Assembly (NCBI GenBank): GCA_021827875.1
Contig: JAKAUA010000006.1
Span: 1-35,149, forward strand
DNA: 35,149 nt
Direction: 5' to 3'
Origin: a bacterium
GTDB taxonomy: Bacteria > Babelota > Babeliae > Babelales > Vermiphilaceae
Shown: one piece after another, positions 25,674 through 34,107 of the stretch
How the letters are laid out: every line of letters starts with the position of its first letter
Position numbering within the stretch: position 1 is the stretch's first letter
Notes under the pieces: generated by a model
The model's database searches: none
Seen by the model: only the letters and a program-made list of their open reading frames with translations
What the model was told of the DNA's origin: nothing
Made by a program: the position numbers and the translations under genes

Positions 25674-25733
25674 AACGCAGGCACATATGCGCCCTTTTAT
25701 TATCCCGCCGTTTACCAATATGGGGTTCTCTGG

Positions 25734-26273
25734 CTAATTACAAAAACATTCTCCGTCATTAAGTGCCTTTGTTCTTCTATCTAACTCAACCATTCCGGCT
25801 GAAAACGCGAAAAGAAGCGCCGCCTCTTCGCATGCTTCCGGCCTACCTAAAGAATTTCGCTCAAGATCCTTTTTATGTGCTTTAAGACATTTAATAAATT
25901 CATCTTTTGCTGCTGCTGGCCGTGAAGCTTTTTCTTTTAGTAGAGCTCTAAGCTTTTCTTCGGTAGTTTGTAAAACGTAAGGCCTTGCTACTTTAACAGC
26001 CATTAATCCCAACCCGACTTTGGTTGCTATCGTTGTTGAAGCGATCGCAGTTGCGGTTTTAGCTGTCACCGCTGCGACTGTAGTACATACGACTATAATA
26101 GTACTCATTGGCATAACTACAGGCGCTACTATAATAGCTCCGGCGCCCACCGTAACATAAAACATAGTCGTCTCAAATGCCGATGATTCAGGCTCTCTAC
26201 AAGTACATTGTTCAGCTTCTGTCGCAGCTAATAAACTTACGCTGAGTATTAAAAGAAAAAATAATTTACGCAT
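25734..26273 (-). CDS. cassette protein A: secreted/membrane protein with conserved C-terminal two-Cys module
   Basis: 179 aa with a signal peptide and an Ala/Thr/Val-rich hydrophobic core. C-terminal TTEEK-x18-FIKC-x15-PEACEE module shared with 26276-26896 and 27240-27734. CTC near the N-terminus and CFC at the C-terminus. Confidence 0.6.
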   Translation of the reverse strand: MRKLFFLLILSVSLLAATEAEQCTCREPESSAFETTMFYVTVGAGAIIVAPVVMPMSTIIVVCTTVAAVTAKTATAIASTTIATKVGLGLMAVKVARPYVLQTTEEKLRALLKEKASRPAAAKDEFIKCLKAHKKDLERNSLGRPEACEEAALLFAFSAGMVELDRRTKALNDGECFCN

Positions 26274-26275
26274 AT

Positions 26276-26896
26276 TTATGTCCGACTATGGGCAAATTTA
26301 AAATTTTCACTCATTTCAATGAACGCATCTTTACTGCCTGCTATGATAAATAAGTTTGCCAGCTCTTCACATGCGGAAGGAAGTCCTGAACCATTCATCT
26401 GTCCTTTAATATTTTTTATAAGACAATCTCTGAAATTTCTTTTAGCTTCATAAAATTGAATTTTTTCGCGAGCTTCCTCTATCTTTGCGACCTTCTCTTC
26501 GCTTGGGTAAACATATGCATAAAAATCCTTACCCGCATTAACCAAGTCTTTAACCCCATAAAAGAAAATAACCGCACCTACAACAGGATAAAGTGCTTTA
26601 ACCGCATCAGCCCCTAATTCTTTTGATGCCTTTGCAACATTGTCAGATGTTATTTTTGCTAACTCGACAGCTCCATCAGTCGTAATTTTTGTTGCTTCAA
26701 TCCCAGTATCAGAAAATATTTGTGCTGCTTTTACTATTTCTTGCGTGGCATCAGATCCAACTGTCTTTGCTGCTTCTTTTAAACCCTCAGATAAGGCTTC
26801 AGCTGCTACTTTACCGATATTATCTCCGATGCATAAAATATCGAACATTGAGAAAATTGATATGGAGAGTAGTGCAATGTTTTTAATATTTTTCAT
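26276..26896 (-). CDS. cassette protein B: paralog with conserved C-terminal two-Cys module
   Basis: 206 aa with a hydrophobic N-terminus, an amphipathic Ala/Lys/Glu-rich helical region and one TM (LYPVVGAVIFFYGV). C-terminal PSEEK-x19-FRDC-x14-PSACEE module. Confidence 0.6.
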   Translation of the reverse strand: MKNIKNIALLSISIFSMFDILCIGDNIGKVAAEALSEGLKEAAKTVGSDATQEIVKAAQIFSDTGIEATKITTDGAVELAKITSDNVAKASKELGADAVKALYPVVGAVIFFYGVKDLVNAGKDFYAYVYPSEEKVAKIEEAREKIQFYEAKRNFRDCLIKNIKGQMNGSGLPSACEELANLFIIAGSKDAFIEMSENFKFAHSRT

Positions 26897-26932
26897 AATC
26901 TTGTTAGCCTATTTATCACTAAAAATTAAACA

Positions 26933-27250
26933 CTATTCCGTTAATCCTGCACGTATTTGTGATATGCCAAATACAATAATTGCCAATATTATTAATGGCT
27001 TCAGTTCATTCAAGGCACCCAAACCAAACTCTCTAGCAGCCTTTACATCAGCCTCTGCTTTTATTTTTGCTGCTTCAATTTGTTTTTGTCTGATTATTTT
27101 TGCTGCTTCAATTTGTTTTTGTCCAATTACTTTAGCTGTCTTAACAATAAGGGAGTCATTTGGGTCTTCTTTGAGAGTTGACTCATCAAATGCAGGTCTA
27201 TTGCATGCAATCAAGCATAGTGCACTTAATAGTATATATTTATATTTCAT
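26933..27250 (-). CDS. cassette protein C: small lipoprotein with internal 11-aa tandem repeat and C-terminal TM
   Basis: Starts at MKYKYILLSALCLIAC (lipobox LIAC). The upstream extension in the ORF track is unlikely. Repeat GQKQIEAAKII/RQKQIEAAKIK and C-terminal LKPLIILAIIVFGI. The ATG overlaps the stop region of protein D by 11 nt. Confidence 0.55.
   Translation of the reverse strand: MKYKYILLSALCLIACNRPAFDESTLKEDPNDSLIVKTAKVIGQKQIEAAKIIRQKQIEAAKIKAEADVKAAREFGLGALNELKPLIILAIIVFGISQIRAGLTE
27061..27126. repeat. 33-bp tandem repeat x2 inside the lipoprotein gene
   Basis: TTATTTTTGCTGCTTCAATTTGTTTTTGTCTGA followed by TTATTTTTGCTGCTTCAATTTGTTTTTGTCCAA. The first 30 nt are identical. Confidence 0.9.
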
Positions 27251-27734
27251 GATGATTCCTTCCGTTATTTCTATATTGATTATAAATAGCATTAACTCTA
27301 TCTACCTCATTTTTGCCGCCTAACAGTATAAGCATGCTTGCTATTTCTTCACAAATTTCCGGTTGACCGGCTTCAGTTCTTTGAGAACTGTTCCGATTTT
27401 GAACCATACACTTCTGAAATTCATTCTCGGCAGTAATTAAAATATATTTTTCAACAATTTCTTGTGCGTGAGCCTTTTCTTCTACTGTTGGAAAATTGTG
27501 CTTTCTTATTTCTTCGCATAAAGAATAAGATTGAAGAACAATGCTGACATAAGGACTAGCAGCTGATAATCCTTCCAATGTCTTGCCTACCATTTCCTCA
27601 ATACCAGCCGAAGCTGTTTTAGTGGCTATTTCTTCCATTGCACATGTCTTCAAGAAGCCGAACACGCAAACAACTAAAATCGAATAAAAAACTGTCTTAT
27701 ATAACACAATATTCATTGTTAAATTTTGCTCCAT
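27240..27734 (-). CDS. cassette protein D: paralog with conserved C-terminal two-Cys module
   Basis: 164 aa with an N-terminal TM/signal (FYSILVVCVFGFLKTCA). C-terminal PTVEEK-x18-FQKC-x15-PEICEE module. The start may instead be the ATG 6 codons downstream. Confidence 0.6.
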   Translation of the reverse strand: MEQNLTMNIVLYKTVFYSILVVCVFGFLKTCAMEEIATKTASAGIEEMVGKTLEGLSAASPYVSIVLQSYSLCEEIRKHNFPTVEEKAHAQEIVEKYILITAENEFQKCMVQNRNSSQRTEAGQPEICEEIASMLILLGGKNEVDRVNAIYNQYRNNGRNHHEI

Positions 27735-27757
27735 TAATTAAGATTTTTAGAACTGAT

Positions 27758-28684
27758 TCACGCTAAGTAATACATGGGATTTACTCGTTTGCCAAACTTA
27801 TACACTTCAAAATGGAGATGTGAAGGATCTCCTTTGCGATGGGTGCTGCGCACTATGCCGGTATCACCCACGCGCCCAATTACTTCGCCTTGGCGCACCT
27901 TTTGGCCAACTTTTACTAAAATATCATTCAGATGAGCGTAGCGCGTTTTGTACTTATTGTTATGTAATATTACAATCGTTTTGCCAAATCCCGAGCCGTA
28001 ATGTGCTTCTATCACCATGCCCGCGTGTGCCGCTTTTACGCTCGTTCCCTTTAATGCGGCCATATCTACGCCATGATGAAATTTCCACGTCCCATTGGGC
28101 TGTTTGCGCGGGCCAAAAAATGAGCTTAACCAAAATTGCGCATTTTCTATTGGCCATGCGAGCGCAATATCCCGCTTGCCGTCAATCATTGGTGATTTTA
28201 ATTTAGTGACTTGGTGACTTGTTATACGCCGCTTACCCGGTTTATTGCTACGCACGGTATTGGTAGCATGTTCTAACAACTGCTCATGATAATCACGCCA
28301 ATCAGCGGCATTGAATGCTACTTCTTGAGCGCCAAAAAAATCTATCATTGATTGTTTTAAATAGAGCTTATCTCTATTTACGATAGTGAAAGATTCTTTT
28401 TGCTCATCCGTTATTTTTTTTTTTTCATTGCTCTGCTGATCGTTTTGAGCTTGTTCTTGTAATTGATTGTAATCATCAACTATTTTTTTTACCGCTACAA
28501 TATAGCCACGGTACTCTTCTTGTAGCTCCAGCAACCGCCCTGCCTGATATTTAAAATAAAAATATTCATAGCAGAGTAATGATCCTGTCACACCAACGAG
28601 CAGAGAAAAAGCAATCATGCCGGCAATAATATAATGCGTATATAGTTTTTTAATGTTGTTTTCCATGCACGTCCACATACTCAA
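27758..28684 (-). CDS. M23 (LytM-domain) peptidase with N-terminal TM and coiled coil
   Basis: 308 aa. TM IIAGMIAFSLLVGVTGSLL, coiled coil, HHGVDMAA (HxxxD) and SHLHFEV (HxH) zinc-ligand motifs. The start lies 5 nt after the batE stop. Confidence 0.88.
   Translation of the reverse strand: MSMWTCMENNIKKLYTHYIIAGMIAFSLLVGVTGSLLCYEYFYFKYQAGRLLELQEEYRGYIVAVKKIVDDYNQLQEQAQNDQQSNEKKKITDEQKESFTIVNRDKLYLKQSMIDFFGAQEVAFNAADWRDYHEQLLEHATNTVRSNKPGKRRITSHQVTKLKSPMIDGKRDIALAWPIENAQFWLSSFFGPRKQPNGTWKFHHGVDMAALKGTSVKAAHAGMVIEAHYGSGFGKTIVILHNNKYKTRYAHLNDILVKVGQKVRQGEVIGRVGDTGIVRSTHRKGDPSHLHFEVYKFGKRVNPMYYLA
27768..27812 (-). repeat. 45-bp direct repeat, copy 2: last 15 codons of the M23 peptidase gene
   Basis: TAATACATGGGATTTACTCGTTTGCCAAACTTATACACTTCAAAA, identical to 25629-25673 and 2139 bp away in direct orientation. 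Confidence 0.9.
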
Positions 28685-28689
28685 AACTG

Positions 28690-29394
28690 TTATAACTCTA
28701 GAATATTTTCTTGAGCTATCCAGCCTTTTAGCTGTTTATTTTTTATTTTTACCCATTGCTCACGCCGCTCTACTACTTTTACCTCTGTGCCTTTTTCTAG
28801 TGCTCCTACTTGCTGATAATCATTACGGGGCCCAATAAAAACCGGTGCCTGATCATGAATAACAAGAGCACGCTGTTGCCGCATCACATAATATTTACCT
28901 GCAACAGCGAGTGCCGACAAACCAACACAGCCAATTAGCACGATCAATGCTATTGTTCTTCTTTGTCGGTACCAATATGCCGCGCGCCAAAAAAGTATAC
29001 ACCAAAAAAATAAAAAGATGAGTTGTACTACTAATGGCTGCCATCCATCAATAAGGCGCCACGCTCGCCTATTAAAGGTAAGAGTTTTATTCAGTTTCTG
29101 CTCTACCGTTGCAATGTTAGCCATTGCCATTTTGTATTGCGCGGTTGAACATGATTGAGCTGCTTTGCACCAATATGCGTAGGCATTATAATAATCATGC
29201 AGCATATAAAAAGAGTTACCCATGTTGTACCACACTGCATTATTCTTTTTGTTAATGCGTTGATAACTAGATAAGGCATCTGCATATTTTTCTTGATTGT
29301 ATAGCTGATTGCCGCGTAAAAAAATTTCTTCATCAGAATCAGCAAAAGCTAAAGAAACACCGAATAAAAAAAATATCATAGAGAGTTTTTTCAT
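28690..29394 (-). CDS. batE: BatE-like TPR + SH3b domain protein
   Basis: Start taken at MKKLSMIFFLFGVSLAFA (signal), which removes the overlap with batD. TPR-like NQLYNQEKYADALSSYQ...WYNMGNSFYMLHDYYNAYAYW, one TM, and a C-terminal SH3b-like GTEVKVVERREQWVKIKNKQLKGWIAQENI. Last gene of the bat order. Confidence 0.7.
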   Translation of the reverse strand: MKKLSMIFFLFGVSLAFADSDEEIFLRGNQLYNQEKYADALSSYQRINKKNNAVWYNMGNSFYMLHDYYNAYAYWCKAAQSCSTAQYKMAMANIATVEQKLNKTLTFNRRAWRLIDGWQPLVVQLIFLFFWCILFWRAAYWYRQRRTIALIVLIGCVGLSALAVAGKYYVMRQQRALVIHDQAPVFIGPRNDYQQVGALEKGTEVKVVERREQWVKIKNKQLKGWIAQENILEL

Positions 29395-29396
29395 GA

Positions 29397-31124
29397 TCAT
29401 GCCTTCTTTCTGATGAAAAAGAGCCATTGCTTTGCCTGTTGATATAGTTGGTCAATATCTACTGTATAGGCTGAAAAATAATTAGCTTGATTTAGCTTAT
29501 TAAAAAAGTCCCGCCATTCTACAAGCTCTTGCTCTGTTGCACGTTGCGCCATCCAGCGATCAACATCCTCTCCTGTCACCTGTGAAATATGCTTATTCAA
29601 GAGATGTGCAAACACAGAAAGAAAAATAAAATGCCAATCATAGGGTATGCGATATGATTTGATCAATTGCGAATGCGCAAACCCAAACATCATGCGGCGC
29701 TTAACGCCAGGTAGCCATTTGCCAAGTGCATTTGTAAACAATTTTGCATTATTTTTTAATATAAATAGAACCGGAAGCAAACATAAGACTATGAACAGTA
29801 ACCAAGGAATATGCGTGATCCGACCATAGGCACCATAAAAATGACGTATAAGCCCTTTGATCTCTGGACGGTGCTTTTCTTTCTCTGTCACGCCATAGTC
29901 TTGGGCGGAGGCTGATTCTATGTTATCTTCAGGTATTAAAGTTTCTTGTTGACGCTCTGATTTTAAAATAGTGAAAGGCACTGTTGCAGTTGCCATTTTC
30001 CTATACTTATACAAATCAACATCAAAATAGGTCAGCTGCTGCAGCGGTATTTCAAACTCACCTGTTTTGGTCGCCTGCACCACATATTCAAAAAACTGCT
30101 TTTTATCATGAGTATATTTTTTTGATTCGTATACTTTTATGCCATCGGGCATATTCTGCAAAGGGAACTGCTCTATATCAATATCACCATCGATTGCTAT
30201 GGTTAGCGTAGCACCTTCTCCCTCACGCATTACTGCCGGGTGCAAGCTTGCATTAATGTTTTTAATATGGCCAATACCATCTACACGCTCTTGATAAGGA
30301 GGCAAAGGGTCTATCTTAATTGTTGCGGCATTTGAATAGATGGTTTTTGCTACACGCGCACCAAATAATGTTGAAAAAAAATCATAACGATCAGGCAACA
30401 CGGTATAATCAACACGATACGCAGGGATTATTATTTCACCCGTTTTGTTTGGATACAGCTCCCAACCCCATTCTATATAATCAGCAATAACGCCGTCTAT
30501 TTCTTCACGTCCGGTTATCGCATCTTTTTTATTTTTAATCACATAACCCTGATCTTTATGCTGTTCAGGCTCTGCAACAGTAAGAAATTCTACAGTAGGC
30601 TGTAATCGATAAAAACGTAAGGTAGCATATATTTTCTCACCAACTACCGCTTTACTACTACTTACCGATAAGCGTGCAATTGCCGCCTCGTCCTGCTGGG
30701 CTGATCGACGACGCTGCCCTTGCGCAACGGTTTGTTCTGCAACCTCTACCTCAATCGGATCAGATTCTTCAGCCCCTGCAGCACCGTGTACCACGGCAGG
30801 ACCAAAGGTATAGATGCCCGGTTTATCAATACGCGCTGCATATATATAGGTAGTGCGTGATGCTCCATTAAATGTCTCCATCCTAAAACCGGTGCGCTGC
30901 AACCTGCCTATGGGCGAAGCTATTTCCGGTGTACTAAAATCTTTTTGAGTCCCGTCAATAGTAACTTCTAAATTAAAAGGAACCCCAATACCAACTTTTT
31001 GCAACTTTTCACCGCGCATGCCACGCATACTCAATGTCACTTTGCCAAATGCGCCCATGTGCGCATTAAAAAGAATGAAGAATACTAGGCTTAATAAAAA
31101 TTTACCAACGCGGGGTATTACCAT
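29397..31124 (-). CDS. batD: BatD-like protein
   Basis: 575 aa with an N-terminal signal, a large extracytoplasmic beta-rich region, a single late TM (IPWLLFIVLCLLPVLFIL) and a cytoplasmic tail. Size, topology and position between batC and batE match BatD. Confidence 0.7.
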   Translation of the reverse strand: MVIPRVGKFLLSLVFFILFNAHMGAFGKVTLSMRGMRGEKLQKVGIGVPFNLEVTIDGTQKDFSTPEIASPIGRLQRTGFRMETFNGASRTTYIYAARIDKPGIYTFGPAVVHGAAGAEESDPIEVEVAEQTVAQGQRRRSAQQDEAAIARLSVSSSKAVVGEKIYATLRFYRLQPTVEFLTVAEPEQHKDQGYVIKNKKDAITGREEIDGVIADYIEWGWELYPNKTGEIIIPAYRVDYTVLPDRYDFFSTLFGARVAKTIYSNAATIKIDPLPPYQERVDGIGHIKNINASLHPAVMREGEGATLTIAIDGDIDIEQFPLQNMPDGIKVYESKKYTHDKKQFFEYVVQATKTGEFEIPLQQLTYFDVDLYKYRKMATATVPFTILKSERQQETLIPEDNIESASAQDYGVTEKEKHRPEIKGLIRHFYGAYGRITHIPWLLFIVLCLLPVLFILKNNAKLFTNALGKWLPGVKRRMMFGFAHSQLIKSYRIPYDWHFIFLSVFAHLLNKHISQVTGEDVDRWMAQRATEQELVEWRDFFNKLNQANYFSAYTVDIDQLYQQAKQWLFFIRKKA

Positions 31125-32130
31125 TTTTGCTCCTTTTTGGCTGCTGATTATCCATCATGATTTTTACTAGCTGCTTATTTAATTGCGCATCTTGTTTGTC
31201 TTGTTGCGCAACAATTTCTGCTAATGCAGCGTCTAGTGCTTGCAGGGATTTATTATTTTTTTGTTCTTGACCCGCACCACCAGCTTGCTTTTTCTCTTCT
31301 GCGCCCTGCTCCTGCTGTGCATTTTGTTGGGCATTATTTTGCTGATTACTTTGTGGAGATTGTTTTTGCCGATCATCTCTTCCTGGTTCTTGCTGCTTAT
31401 CTTGTTCACCAGCACCATTATTACGATCTTCTTGGCCATCTCTGTCTTTTGGATTATCTTGTCCTTCACTATCATTTTCTGATTGATCACCATTTTCGCC
31501 CTGCCGCTGATCATTTTGATCATTCTGTCCATCAGATTTTTGTTTTTCTGAAGAACCGTCTTGCTTTTGTTGTGAGTTAGAATTTTGATCTTTATTTTGA
31601 CCCGATCCCTGCTGCTGCTTCTGATCTTGCTGTTGCTGATTATTCTGATTATTTTTCTGTTGCTCTTCTTGTTTATTTTCTTCCTCTTTTTTCTTGAGGA
31701 GCTCTTCTACTATTTCTTTATTTTTCTTTGCACGCTCATTATCAGGATGTGCGCGTAGCAGATCTTCGTAAGTAGATAATGCTTCTTCTAATTTTTGTTG
31801 TTTGACATAACTATTGCCCAAATTGAATAATGCCTGCTCGTGCAATGATGCGTCTGATTGCGCACTCAATTCTGCGGCTTGCTTAAAATAAGTCGCCGCA
31901 TGCTCTGCGTCACCTTTTTTGTAGGCAAGCACACCCGCATCATACAAATGTGATGCTGAATCAGGCGTATCAGTCAATGCCGATGCTATCAGCCGTTCTG
32001 CCTGCGGCACATTACCCTTATGAGCTGCGGCTATCGCGCGATCATAAGAAAATAATGCAGTCATGCGCATATGCATAGACGCAAAAAGAAGTAAAACAAA
32101 TAGTACACTATTATTTTTTACAACAACCAT
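31102..32130 (-). CDS. batC: BatC-like TPR protein with long Q/N/D/E-rich tail
   Basis: 342 aa with an N-terminal hydrophobic segment. TPR units (HLYDAGVLAYKKGDAEHAATYFKQAAE, ALFNLGNSYVKQQKLEEALSTYEDLL). A low-complexity region of about 190 aa follows. Confidence 0.65.
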   Translation of the reverse strand: MVVVKNNSVLFVLLLFASMHMRMTALFSYDRAIAAAHKGNVPQAERLIASALTDTPDSASHLYDAGVLAYKKGDAEHAATYFKQAAELSAQSDASLHEQALFNLGNSYVKQQKLEEALSTYEDLLRAHPDNERAKKNKEIVEELLKKKEEENKQEEQQKNNQNNQQQQDQKQQQGSGQNKDQNSNSQQKQDGSSEKQKSDGQNDQNDQRQGENGDQSENDSEGQDNPKDRDGQEDRNNGAGEQDKQQEPGRDDRQKQSPQSNQQNNAQQNAQQEQGAEEKKQAGGAGQEQKNNKSLQALDAALAEIVAQQDKQDAQLNKQLVKIMMDNQQPKRSKNGNTPRW

Positions 32131-33119
32131 TCAATCACCAAACAAATAAAGGCCCCCAATACAAACCATGCATACTGTTCTTCGTATGTTTCTCGTTTTT
32201 TTTCATCAATTTTTTCTTTATCAAAAGTGGACAACTGCTCTATCATTCTCTGAATGTCTTGATTATCTTTGGTACTCTGTTGATAATAACCGCCCGTATC
32301 AGTTACTAACTTTTTGAGCAATGCGCTGTTCAAACGCGAAATGACAATAGCCCCTTTTTCATCTTTTTCATAACCTGCTTGTTTGCCTTGTAGGTCAAAT
32401 GCAGGTACCGGCGCTCCTTCTGCCGTGCCCACGCCAAATGCAAAAATCTTTAAATTAAGCGCGATGGCTTCTTTTTTAACCCGTGCAAGATCCGCAGAAA
32501 AATCTTCTCCATCGGTAAAGATCACCAGCAGCTTATTTTTACGTTCTTGCATCTTTGAAAATTGCGTAATGCCTTCTTTGATTACTTGATCAATTGCAGT
32601 CCCTCCCGCAGAGGTAGAAGATGAATCAACTTGATCCAAGAACATAAAGAAAGAATCATAATCAGTCGTAAGTGGACAAACCAGACATGGTGCACCGGCA
32701 AAAAGAATTAACCCAATTCTATCTGATGGTAAGCTATTTACCAGTGCATGAATTTTTGCTTTCGCAAAACTCAAACGATTCGGCGATAAATCTTTGGCAA
32801 GCATACTGCGCGAAATATCAAGCGCAATGAGCAGATCACGCCCCTGGTAGCTCACATTCTCTTCTTTCTTATTCCATTGAGGATGCAATAATGAGAGGAT
32901 CAACAATGCACATCCCGCAACAAAAAAGAATGATTTAATAATTTGTTTGATAAAAGAATAATGCTTAATCAAAAAGTGGCGTCGACCTTTATCAGTTAAA
33001 AAAGCAATAATCCGCTCTTTTTTGCGCAGTGCCAAGATCAGCATTACCATTATGGGAATAAGTAAAAGGAATAATGGTGCATATTCGCGCATGCCCCAAT
33101 GAATAGTAGGTATGTTCAT
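32118..33119 (-). CDS. batB: BatB-like vWA-domain membrane protein
   Basis: 333 aa with N-terminal TMs, vWA domain with MIDAS DISRSM...(T)DGED, and a C-terminal TM (WFVLGAFICLVIEWLL). Confidence 0.85.
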   Translation of the reverse strand: MNIPTIHWGMREYAPLFLLLIPIMVMLILALRKKERIIAFLTDKGRRHFLIKHYSFIKQIIKSFFFVAGCALLILSLLHPQWNKKEENVSYQGRDLLIALDISRSMLAKDLSPNRLSFAKAKIHALVNSLPSDRIGLILFAGAPCLVCPLTTDYDSFFMFLDQVDSSSTSAGGTAIDQVIKEGITQFSKMQERKNKLLVIFTDGEDFSADLARVKKEAIALNLKIFAFGVGTAEGAPVPAFDLQGKQAGYEKDEKGAIVISRLNSALLKKLVTDTGGYYQQSTKDNQDIQRMIEQLSTFDKEKIDEKKRETYEEQYAWFVLGAFICLVIEWLL

Positions 33120-34105
33120 AAGCTAAACCATATCCATGATGAAAGTAACAATTCTATGCATAGCAAAATCAGTGCCAAAGCAATAAATGGCATAAAAATA
33201 TCGTAACTGTGTGTATAGCGATCAACCTCATGTTTTGTTTTTTCAAGGGCGTCAATAGTATCATAAATTTCTCGCATATCTTTTGCATCATGTGCTTTAA
33301 AGTAGCGGCCGCCGGTCTGCTGCGCAATATCTTGTAATAATTTTTTATCAAACTCTTGCGTCGGTACCATACCAAGACCAGGTACAAAGAAATAGGGTCT
33401 ATAGCCACCTACACCAATGGTATATATTTTTACGCCCAACTGCTGTGCAATTGCTATTGCCACTTGGGGATCCATATCATTTTCGCCCGGTGCACCATCG
33501 GTGAGTAAAATAATTATTTTGCTCTTGGCTGATGAATTTTTTAATCTATTGGCCGCGGTAATAAGCGCGGTTGAAATACTCGTATCATTAGGGTCCAACA
33601 GCCCTATTTGTACGCCGGCGATAATATCTTTGATCATCTTTTTATCGAGTGTTAACGGGCAACGCGAGAATGCTTCTTTAGCAAATAGCACTAATCCTAT
33701 CGCATCATTGGTACGCTTATTTACAAAATGCAGCGCCTCTTCTTTTGCAATGGTAATACGCGGCCGTGGATCTTTTTCATCATCAATGCCATTCATACTG
33801 CCTGAAATATCAAGTACTAACATAATATCAATGCCGTGCATACTTGTTTTTGAATGGACGTCCACTAATTGAGGCATAGGGATAACCACAATAAGCAATA
33901 ATAATGCCAATGCCCTTATGCAAAATAAGATAAAGGTATGCGGATGTTTTGATGCATGGCCATGTGCATGCAGCTGTTCACCCAATGAATAGTTATACAC
34001 GACTTTTTTGGACCAAAAACGCTTAATATATAAAACGCACAAAAAAAGCGGTATCAAAAAGAGAAAATAGGTAGGATACGCGAATTGAAAATAGGTAGAT
34101 AACAC
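33116..34105 (-). CDS. batA: BatA-like vWA-domain membrane protein
   Basis: 329 aa with N-terminal TMs, vWA domain with MIDAS DISGSM...LTDGAPG, and a C-terminal TM. ATGA-type 4-nt overlap with batB. Confidence 0.85.
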   Translation of the reverse strand: MLSTYFQFAYPTYFLFLIPLFLCVLYIKRFWSKKVVYNYSLGEQLHAHGHASKHPHTFILFCIRALALLLLIVVIPMPQLVDVHSKTSMHGIDIMLVLDISGSMNGIDDEKDPRPRITIAKEEALHFVNKRTNDAIGLVLFAKEAFSRCPLTLDKKMIKDIIAGVQIGLLDPNDTSISTALITAANRLKNSSAKSKIIILLTDGAPGENDMDPQVAIAIAQQLGVKIYTIGVGGYRPYFFVPGLGMVPTQEFDKKLLQDIAQQTGGRYFKAHDAKDMREIYDTIDALEKTKHEVDRYTHSYDIFMPFIALALILLCIELLLSSWIWFSL

Positions 34106-34107
34106 AA

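Noticed and set aside
25629-25705. The proximal 45-bp repeat as part of a real small gene.
   Set aside because: The M23-homologous frame has a stop 8 codons upstream of FEV and no start codon. The only ATG-initiated frame gives a 14-aa peptide. It is treated as a gene-end relic.
26640-27323. 227-aa + strand ORF running antisense across three cassette genes.
   Set aside because: It crosses two intergenic boundaries of minus-strand genes that are supported by paralogy (the conserved two-Cys module), signal peptides and a lipobox. Its sequence is low-complexity Ala/Ser/Ile typical of the antisense of Ala/Lys/Glu-rich genes.
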